A stretch of 64,000 nucleotides of DNA from Atractiella rhizophila (Eukaryota). Shown one piece after another: positions 55,412-64,000 of the stretch (the first letter of the stretch is position 1; each line of letters begins with the position of its first letter). The translations under genes and the position numbers were made by a program. Location: the NCBI GenBank assembly GCA_021432655.1, contig MU271236.1:62001-126000 (forward strand), in the 5' to 3' direction. A model generated the notes under the pieces. The model saw nothing but the letters and a program-made list of their open reading frames with translations. It was not told where the DNA came from and did no database searches.

Positions 55412-56670
55412 TCTTGCGCCGTTTAAAGACACATCTGTGACAAGGAAGAGAATGAACACGGAAAGAGAGGAATCAAGCAGGTTGCCTACGGTATACCACG
55501 CTGTGTGCAGAGGGTGCAAAATGGCGGATCGGTGTTGTGTACTCGAATGCACCTGTGCAAATGGACCAGTCAGCTCCACTGCAAGTCACAGAATGTTGGT
55601 AATAGATTGTAGAAAAATACAGAAACTATGTAGCATGTGCTACCTCTTACTGCCCAGCGAAGCTGTGCGACAATGGTGATGGTCTAGTGAAGATTGACGA
55701 CTTTTTCCAGAAAATTATTGAAAGCCCGCCGTCTTTAGTTGACTCAGGGCTGATTCAAAAAGTTGCTCTCTCCTACTGGTAAGTCAATACACTTCATTCG
55801 TCGCGATGTAATGAGAGGACTCAGAAGTTTAGCATGGCTGTTGCTAGAGTAATTCCATTTGTCGCGGCATAGGGATATGATAGGGTCATACAAGTAAAGG
55901 AGAATCCGCTGAAGTTTTGTCTCAAGAATGTGAATTTGACTTCTATGGCCGGGAAACACAGTCGAGTTGTGACGCAGGAATGAATCCAATTCACTAGCAG
56001 CTGGAGCAGAAAGTCACATTTGTGCATCCCTTGGATTCTGGAGAGTACGAGAGCCAGGGGACGGCCGAGTATACCACTGTGGGGTACTAAGTATTTAATC
56101 GTGAAAGGTAACTAGATTCATGTCTCGGAAAATTAAATGAGAATGAAAGTGCTTGCTGACGCTAGATTCGCAACGCAACGCTGCGTTAGGTCTTGTAGGA
56201 GTCATGATATAGCTAAGGTAATCACAATTGACAGCTTTAGAAGAAAAATAAGGTAGATAGGAGCGCTATCAGCGTTCATCGGCTAGTCCGACATTGTTTC
56301 TTGGACGGACATTTACACCTTGCTGACTGCCTCTTGATCCACCTCCTCATCACACTTCAAGCAAAAGACAATTTCGATAAAATTTGAGCGGTATTGAACG
56401 TAGAAGTGACAAATGACACGACTTACTTCCTCTTCATGCTCCGACATGCCTCGCACGCATAAACAATCGGTTTCCCCTGTCCCCTCTTCCTCTTTGCACC
56501 ACCTATCGTCACCTCAGTTACTTTATAGACATCTCCCTTGTCACTACTGCCACTCGCTAACACTATCGTATGAGAATCACTCTCAGGAGAGGTCGAAGAG
56601 TCAGTGGACATGATCGTTTGGTGGTGTGTCACTATTCCGCCCGCGGAACCACAAAAAATGAAAAATGCGG

Positions 56671-56704
56671 GACTCGAACCCGGGCAAGAACTAGCAGGTA
56701 TATA
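56671..56704 (+). promoter_or_regulatory. snRNA-type upstream element GACTCGAAC (-58) and TATATA (-30) of U4
   Basis: Position relative to the U4 start; a similar motif pair recurs upstream of the four small RNAs at 61.9-63.0 kb. Confidence 0.65.
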
Positions 56705-56728
56705 GAGCGCCCAGCCTGACAACTCAGT

Positions 56729-56866
56729 ATCTTTATGCTCGGGCACGCGTCATATCCAGTGAAGCTTAGCTGAGGAGTGACCATTTGCTAATTGCAAACT
56801 ACCCATCCAGATCCTCTTCTTCAACCTCCGTGTTAGGAAGGAATTTATGGAACCCTTGCGGGATCT
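56729..56866 (+). ncRNA. U4: U4 spliceosomal snRNA
   Basis: 5' ATCTTTATGCTCGGG resembles yeast U4 AUCCUUAUGCACGGG. Kink-turn 5' stem-loop GTCA-TAT-CCAGTGA-AGC-TTA-GCT-GAGG-AG-TGAC, U6-pairing TTGCTAATTG as in human U4, Sm-like site AATTTATGG (56842-56850) and a short 3' hairpin. Confidence 0.9.
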
Positions 56867-57054
56867 TTGTTTTTTAGCTTTCTGATACGTTTGTTTGATT
56901 AGCGAACAGGGACAGAGCACCTCGTGTTTGTTTGAACCTTTGCTTGATCTCATTTTGCCACTGGTGTTGTGACTTCAAGTTTTCGATTATTAATCGATTA
57001 TAATAAGTAGATCAATTCTGCATGAAATGGATTGCGAACAGATTCGGTTGCACA

Positions 57055-60000
57055 CTATCTTCGCTTTGAAAGAGCTTTCAGCGCAAGTGCCTCCAAATCT
57101 GCGTCCTCCTTCGCTTTCCGCTTCTTCGCTACAGGTACCAGGTCATCATCAGCGTCCTTCTTTCGCTTCTTTTCCCGCACAGGCGGTAAAGGTTCTTCGG
57201 TCCACGGCTCCACCTCAGGTGATGGTAGTCGTGGTGCCTGTTGTCCATCGTCAATGTAAACGAAGGGAAGGGAGGGAGGGCTCCGTACCATATCAACATC
57301 ATCCTCCATGTCTTCCCGTCGCCTCCTCTTCTGTTTTTCCTTCTTCTCACGTTTCTTCATCTTCGCCACCATCCGATCCTCCACATCCTCTGTCCGCAAA
57401 TGCTCCCTTTCCGCTTCCACGAACATCCTCTCTAACTCATCCTCCTTCCCATCCACCATCTCCTTCCATTTCTCCTCGGTCTGTATCTTATACACATCCG
57501 TCGCCTCCCCTGTCTCGTCATCGAATACAACCTTGGTTCCCAGCCCTCCTTTCCGCAACTGTGCTTTCTTGGAATGGGCAAAGCGCTCCTGACGCTTCGA
57601 TATGTGATCAGAGGCTGGAAGGGAGTCTGGAAGCTCGTGATCTCGCCGTTTGATGACCATGAAATCATCGTCTTCCTCGCCGTCACCATTGAGATTATCA
57701 GGTGACGATCGGTCGATGATCTTGTTATAGTGCTCAGAAAGGACCCCTTGATTCTTACGAGCGAACATCCGATCGTACTTCGTCTTTATCTTCTTCGCCT
57801 CACTTGGACCTGCTTCCCTTTCCTCTTCCCCTTTACCTTCGTGCTCCGACACCTCGCTTTCGCTTTCACTTTCATCCGCGACTTCAACCTCACTGTTGCC
57901 CTCCACGTCCTCTTCGGCCTTCTCCTTCCCCTTTCCGTTGACGGGCCCCTTCAAAGCGGCCACGGTCCGACTCTGGTTCTTCTTCTGACTCGCCACGCCT
58001 TTCCCTACAAACTTGATTCTCGGCGCGCCAGCGAGACCCAAGGATTTTGCGAACTCTTCGAGAGGGAGGGAGTCGAGGGAAAATACGGTTTTGTCTTTCT
58101 GAAGGTAGATCGACCGCACATAGGAAATGAATGCCTAAATCCAAACTCGTCAGCTTATCCACACAGACTGGTTATCGGAGGCAGAGAAAAAGAAAGTGGA
58201 AACGCACGCGCTGAGCGAGGAACTTGACCTCTGGAAACTTGAACAACACCCCCTGAACCTTCTGGGTGACATCGACAACCTTATTCTCCTTAATCTTGAT
58301 ACTCTTCATCTCCTCCCACATTCCCCTCTCCTCCAACCTCTTCCTAAACCCTTTTTCCTCCCCAGGCGTCAACATCAACAACGCATTCCCCGCCTTCCCT
58401 TCCCCCCGCGCAGTCCGCCCAACTCGGTGGATATGCGTATCCACATCTTCCGGACAATCCGCTTGTACCACCCAATCGACCGAAGGGAAGTCCAGGCCGC
58501 GGGACGCGACGTCAGTTGCGAAGAGACAGGAGTTGGAGGAGTGCAGGAAGCGTTCGTAGATTGACAAACGGGTAGCTAGCTTCTGCTTTCCGTGTAAATG
58601 GAGGAGAGAGACGCCGGGACGCATGTGTCGGAACGTCTCGTAGACAAAACGGACCTTTTGCACCAAAAGCATCAACGCGAGGCAGGGAGAGAGTTTTAGG
58701 AAAGACGGACCTGTTTGCAGGATGAGAGAAAGACTAACGTCTTACTCGTTAAGTGGCTCTTAACGAAACCCCATAGCACGTCGATTTTCTTCTCTAAACC
58801 AACAACCGTATATCTCTGCTGAATACTCTTTGGGATCCCCACTGCAACGGAACGGTCTCCCTCATCATCCTTTCCTTCAAAGATCCGATCGTCCGCTTTA
58901 TCCCTCACAGCAACATACTCAGGATCCTTCAGCGATAATTTCGCCAGGTCCTTCACGCGCTTTGTTTGCGTAGCAGAGAACAAGAGCGTTTGGCGAGGCG
59001 ATGTCCGTGGGAGATGTTCTATGATCGCCGTAAGAGTAGACTGGAAACCCATATCCAATAACCTGTCCGCTTCATCAAGTACTGGTTGCCCATCTTCAGC
59101 GTCCGACCTTGCGTACGGATCGGAAGAGAACGCACCGAGAATCATGAGATTGGCGACGTCAAAACCTGCCGTCTGGTCCAGATGTTGTAACAATCTTCCG
59201 GGGGTACAGACCAGGATGTTCATCTTTCCTAGGCGTGCTTGTTCTTCCTCGAGACTCTTCCCTCCTATCAGCAAGCCGGCGGAGAAATTGTGAAAGCGTC
59301 CAATCTGGCGGAGAACGTCGAATATCTGCATTGCCTGTTGATGAAAGAGTTAGATGCTGGTTCTGAGACTCATACACGAAGAGTAAGAAGGTATAATATG
59401 AACTGCTCCATAATAATGACATGATTGAACATGACACGATGATTTGTTCAAAGTTTATGACCGGCCGTATGAAAAACGACGAGTGGATGATTCTGCTCCA
59501 AAAGATTGCTCTTGTCATAATATTAGACATGAGGAATAAAACGAGCTCATGCAATTTCAAAGATGTTATGACCTCGTAAATGGACATTTAGCCACATCGC
59601 TGTGTCAAACGGCTGTAGCATAAGATGATGCCAGCCAGCTTTCAAACCGACTTAGGAAGCAAGCTGATACTTGAATCAAGAAGAGAAGGGCCCTTTGATT
59701 GCACATTACAACAAAAAAAGCTCACCAACTCCCTCGTCGGACTCAAAACCACAGCCCCAACCCCATCCTCCCTCGCCCACTTCTCCCTCCACAACCTCTC
59801 CAAAACAGCCACCAAAAACGCGACCGTCTTCCCACTCCCCGTCCTCGCCGCCCCCAACACATCCTTCCCCTTCAGCGTATACGGCAACGACGCCGCCTGA
59901 ATAGGAGTTGGGGTCTTGTAGGACGAGGCGGCGAGGCCGCGGAGGGTGGGAGGGGAGAGAGGGATCGTGGAGAAGGTGCTGGGGAAGGGCGTGTCCGGGA

Positions 60001-60091
60001 GAGAGGTGACTTGGGCCCAGAGACTGGAGGGGGTTGTTTGGGCGCGTGGGGCGCCTTTTTGTGCTTTCTTGGCCTTGGGACGAGGCGCCAT
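57055..60091 (-). CDS. DBP4: DEAD-box RNA helicase Dbp4/DDX10
   Basis: Q motif, [56 protein letters not shown] and [13 protein letters not shown] (Dbp4-type) motifs. Confidence 0.95.
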
Positions 60092-60574
60092 GATCGATCG
60101 CTGGAAGCGAGGCAAAAAATTATTGGTGGATGTTCAACTAACTTTAGTGGAACGGGACTACGTCATCTCCTGGTGCTTTGAACTTGGAAGGCTCCAGAGG
60201 ATAGAGCTGGTTAGAGCGTACGTTGGAGAATGTTTGAGACTGACGCCGAGTTAAGGGGGTGAATCTAGCTAGCAACGCGAGAACTTCTTCACCCATGCCA
60301 TGCACTCAGATGTTGTACGCAGTGATATTGAATTTTCAGACAGTAATACCAAGGGTAAGTATATACGCTATAACTACATTTTCGACCAGCAACTACGAAA
60401 AACTATTTTCAATTTTGGTAAGGAATGGACGAGAAGTCGAAGATAAGATGGTAAAAGGACAACAGCAGACAGTCAACCACACCACACCACACAATTTGCG
60501 CTCAACGAAAGACTGAGAATGTCCACAAACACACAACACGAAAGAACCGAATCAATGAATCAAAAGATATCACA

Positions 60575-61548
60575 TCACATCAACATTTTTCCCTTCCCCT
60601 TCCTATCTCCTACCGTCTTCCTCTCCACTGTATGAAGGAGGGCGTTACCCAAATTGAGCGGCAAGAAGATGAAATACATGACTCCCCTCTCGTACCACGC
60701 CCTATGCACACTCTCCACCTCCTTCTCCAACTCCATCATCCTCTTCTCCAACAACACAAACCGATCCTCCGCACTCAACCGCAGATACTGTTCGCTCTTC
60801 TCTTGTCTCCTCACGACCCCTCTCACGCCCTCCAAGCCCTCCCTCAAGCCCTCCAAATCCCGTCTCCCAATCACACTCGACCTCAACGCCCTCTCCACCT
60901 TCTCCACCCGTCCCTTAATCTCCTCCACCGACCCCGGGTCGAGCCTCGCCTCCTCCTGCCACTGTTTCGTGCTCCCCCGGAGCAAGCTGACGAAGTGCGA
61001 GAAGGGCCGGATGGAGGCGGCGAGGCAGAAGAGCTTCAGGCTGCGGCTGGAGAGGACGAGGGAGGTGTCGGAGAGGAGCGAGGGCAGGAGGCGGGCGAGC
61101 AGCCAGGTGCCGAGGAGGGGCGAGACGAGCGTCGCGAGGAGGGAGAGCAGGTGGACGTCGCTCAGACGAGCTGTGGCGTGGTCGGAGTGGGACACGGAGG
61201 GCGGGATGGAGGAGACGTGGATCTCCCAGGGCACTGCACGCGACACACATCCATCAATCTCAATCCAATAACCTCTGAATGAGAACAAATGACGAAAGAC
61301 GGACCTTTGACGATTTGGACCATCCAGAACCCCACGAGGACAAGAACCAAAGCGTCGCTCCAGCTGTCGCTCCTTCCACCGCCGAGGAGGGAGCCCAGGG
61401 GAGGAATGAACGCGATGAGGAGGGGGAGGTAGTGTCCCCAGCTGGTCTCGCCGCCACTCGGTGCTGCAGAGTTGGGCTGGCCGTAGAGGGAGCTGGAGGT
61501 GGAGTGTGTGGGGGACGGCGAGCGAGTGGGCGAGCCAGTTCGCGGCAT
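60575..61548 (-). CDS. Conserved fungal hypothetical membrane protein with C-terminal coiled coil
   Basis: Two ORFs join through one intron (about 61235-61304: IVK/VPWEIH); hydrophobic helices followed by a coiled coil. Confidence 0.65.
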
Positions 61549-61973
61549 TTTGTCGACGTTGGTTGAAAACGAGCTTTCACACTCTCGTTCTGGCTGGCCG
61601 CTCTAATTTAGAGTTTGGACTTGACGCCCAGATGTTCCCGATCACACTACCCCGTAGTCCTCATTCTGACTACGCAGCTGACTACGGCAGCCAGCAGGCG
61701 TGCGTTTCTGTTTTTCCCTGCGACGCGTTGGTTGTTTGAATAGTGCGACGGTGCGACGCATTGTGGAAAGCCCCTGACGTGTGTTGAGCGCATTGAACGT
61801 CAGGGTTTCTTCGCCTCAGTCCACGGCGCAAGACCGAACCTCCACGACTCGAATCACCCATCGTCATCCCGAAAGCGTTCTGAATCAGTTTCTTTCCCTT
61901 TCCTATTGCGATAGCTGTGGGATTCGAACGAGCGAGGAACGGAGGTTTATCAATGCATCTTTCAAGTTTGCTG

Positions 61974-62047
61974 GTGTCCAGTAGCTCTCAAATGCTCACC
62001 ATAGCCACCGGAATTGAAATCTGCATATCTCTGGACATGTTCTTTTT
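61974..62047 (+). ncRNA. Putative novel tRNA-like small RNA, unit 1
   Basis: GTGTCCAG/CTGGACAT terminal stem, TAGCTC box, hairpin CGGA-ATTGAAA-TCTG, T5 at 62043-62047; upstream GATTCGAAC at 61921. Confidence 0.7.
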
Positions 62048-62159
62048 ACTATTTTCATTCTCACACGAGGTCTAGACCTGAGGAGCAGAAAGAGATTGAA
62101 CGAACGGGGTTCGAACGAGAAAGACAATGAATATATTAGTTCCTATTTTAAACTCTCAA

Positions 62160-62252
62160 ATGTCCAGTAGCTCCTCTACTAAACTGGTAAAGAATAGTCT
62201 AACAACTGTTTGAGTGCGTTCAAGTCGTGCATCTACTCTGGACGTGCTTTTT
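62160..62252 (+). ncRNA. Putative novel tRNA-like small RNA, unit 2
   Basis: ATGTCCAG/CTGGACGT stem, TAGCTC, hairpin AATAGT-CTAACA-ACTGTT, T-arm-like GTGCG-TTCAAGT-CGTGC, T5; upstream GGTTCGAAC at 62108 and ATATAT at 62131. Confidence 0.75.
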
Positions 62253-62572
62253 GCCACCATCGCGTCTTGATGCTGATTCTTCCATTTCTTTCTTCTTTGC
62301 ACATTTTCAGGTCTACATTACATTTTGGCTCAGAACGATCATCCATGCACTTTAAAATACCCCTGCAATCTCAAGCGCTTTTGCGTTTCTGGATCCACCA
62401 GTGTTGACCATTGACGGTGCCAACCATAACGACCTTGCGAACTTACGGTATTCTCTACCTTCCGTTCCTACCTACTTGCAGCACTTGGGAGAAGAATATT
62501 CTACGAACGAGATTCGAACTTGATCGTACATGACCACGCAGACGACTCATATATGCCCGATGCAACGTGGGT

Positions 62573-62652
62573 CGTGTCCAGTAGCTCTCTTCAACTACGC
62601 AATCAGACTGCTAATCTGCCGTGCATCAACACTCACTTGGACATGCATTTTT
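62573..62652 (+). ncRNA. Putative novel tRNA-like small RNA, unit 3
   Basis: CGTGTCCAG/TTGGACATG stem, TAGCTC, hairpin CAGA-CTGCTAA-TCTG, small GTG/CAC hairpin, T5; upstream GATTCGAAC at 62511 and ATATAT at 62549. Confidence 0.75.
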
Positions 62653-62936
62653 GTTACTTTGACTCGGCCTCCTTTCTTTCAGTGAACCTATGCACATCCC
62701 TGTGTGTTTTTGCCTCCCCTTAGTTTGCCATACAGAGACAAGTGTGTGGAGCAGCAAGGGATTAATCGATTACAGGATTGTGCCCTTCTCATGAGTAAGT
62801 CTGGTGTTTTCTCTCCTTCCTTCTGTGAGTAAGAGGACAGGAAAGGATGTTGAATGAGGAAAAGACACTCTACGAACCGGATTCGAACGTAAACAAAACG
62901 TATTCACTTTATGGGTTCCTTTTACGACCTTGCCTC

Positions 62937-63018
62937 CATCCAGTAGCTCTTCAATTTAACAATCAATAGTTTGGGTCTATTTGAGTGCTTCACGGCACCA
63001 TCTGGGTGTGCGCTTTTT
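62937..63018 (+). ncRNA. Putative novel tRNA-like small RNA, unit 4
   Basis: CATCCAG/CTGGGTG stem (compensatory changes relative to units 1-3), TAGCTC, hairpin AATAG-TTTGGGT-CTATT, GTGC-TTCACG-GCAC, T5; upstream GATTCGAAC at 62880. Confidence 0.75.
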
Positions 63019-63511
63019 GAAATCTTTTCATTTCATTGTCACTTTCTTTCTGACACTGTGTTGCTCCCTCTCCCTTTTCTTTTTCTCTTTTTCAGAAAGT
63101 CAATCTCCGCGCTTCGAGCTTTGGATCTCATATTGCAAATGATCCAACAACCTGTCCGTTCATCCTAACTTCGAAATCTAAAGAACTAAGGTAAGTCAGA
63201 GTCATGGTGTCGTAAGATTCGGACCTTTTGAGACCGGAAGTCAACGTGTTCTCAACTTCCTGTTTCTGCGTTGGCATTACAGTAGCTGTACATTATATTC
63301 CCTCTGATATTTCCTCAGGTAAGTTTGTGAGTCTAGATTGAGCTCTTCACAGGATCCTTTTTTACGGCTTTTCTGTTCCTTGAAGCCCTCCCTGTTCATG
63401 TCTGGACCTATAAACTGACTTTGATCATCAACAGGTCTGAACAATTGGTAATCGAGGAACTGAAGATATCTCACTCTCTACAAAGGCGACACATTCTCTG
63501 TGACCGTTATC

Positions 63512-64000
63512 ATGAAGCTCGAAGATCAAGTCGTCCTACATCCCGTCAGGTTTGTACTCCTTCAACAATTTCATCATGCTAACTCGACGGCAGCGTGACG
63601 CCCTCTCCACCCTTCGTAGTCTCATCCACCTCCCCCGACCTTCCTCAGTCCGTCATCCAACAACTAAACCAAATCCACGCCACCATCATCAACCTTCCCC
63701 CACAACTCCAAAACATCCCTCCACCACCCCAACCCGTCCCCAATCAGCGTTCGCAGACCATCCAGAAAGCGCGAGAAGAGGGAAACACGCATTTCAGGAA
63801 CCAGCGTCCCCAAGAGGCCATCAAAGCGTACACCCTCGGGTTGTCCGTAGCCTCCTCCCGTGCTTTATGGGAATCCGCCCAGTATCCGAGGGAGGAAGTA
63901 AATGCGTTGTTGATGAACAGGAGCGCGGCTTACATGGCAGTCAAGGACTGGAAGAGGGCGGAGATCGATGTCAGGAAGGCGCTGGAGGGAAGAAAGGGTC
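63512..64000 (+). CDS. SEC72: Sec72-like TPR protein, 5' part (runs off window)
   Basis: After one intron: QLNQIHATII...IPPPPQPVPNQRSQTIQKAREEGNTHFR...AIKAYTLGL...RALWE...LLMNRSAAY, the Sec72 pattern. Confidence 0.75.

Noticed and set aside
56660..56690. tRNA gene on the minus strand (GGTTCGAGTCCCG T-arm)
   Set aside because: No cloverleaf can be built; the motif sits at the promoter position of the plus-strand U4 gene.
62327..62393. Degenerate unit between units 2 and 3 (ATCCA...TGGAT)
   Set aside because: Only a 5-bp stem; lacks the TAGCTC box, a correctly spaced promoter and a terminator.
61921..62950. Minus-strand Pol III genes (A-box GAGCTACTGG plus B-box GTTCGAATC) or circularly permuted tRNAs
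   Set aside because: On the minus strand there is no consistent T-stem or terminator. The plus-strand reading explains the covarying stem, TATA position, T5 run and shared U4 promoter.
61921..63018. CRISPR-like repeat-spacer array
   Set aside because: Eukaryotic context, irregular 190-400 nt period, short bipartite motifs, and no cas genes.
63216..63290. Fifth small-RNA unit (GATTCGGAC followed by CAGTAGCT about 64 nt later)
   Set aside because: No terminal stem with an adjacent T-run, and the CAG fits a splice acceptor for the GTAAGT donor at 63191. At best a degenerate copy.
63290..63363. Spliced-leader RNA (hairpin with CAG|GTAAGT then T-run)
   Set aside because: The donor pairs naturally with a CTGAC branch point and acceptor at 63433 as an ordinary cis intron; no clear Sm site.

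Overview
Intron-rich eukaryotic DNA, most likely a basidiomycete fungus (short 45-70 nt GT-AG introns, CTRAC branch points, many micro-exons, fungal Zn2Cys6 factors). Protein genes supported by the sequence: a Thp3/LENG8-like 3' end, App1 phosphatidate phosphatase, five paralogous secreted M43 metalloproteases (three in tandem), a Ssr4-like polyQ SWI/SNF-RSC subunit, a TCP11-family protein, a large spliced OTT_1508-like deaminase protein, an Irc5/HELLS-like SNF2 helicase, a secreted DPBB/expansin-like protein, a Vsb1-like SulP-STAS-cNMP transporter with an internal 440-nt duplication, two Zn2Cys6 factors, Dbp4, a membrane protein and the start of a Sec72-like TPR gene. A U4 snRNA gene lies at about 56729-56866. 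The most notable observation is a tandem cluster of four unannotated 74-93 nt tRNA-like small RNA genes at 61974-63018. They share a 5' TCCAGTAGCTC box, a covarying terminal stem, an anticodon-like hairpin with a different loop in each copy and a T5 run. Each also has the upstream element (GRYTCGAAC at -53 to -64, TATA-like at about -30) that precedes the U4 gene. All calls were made by eye; no searches were run.
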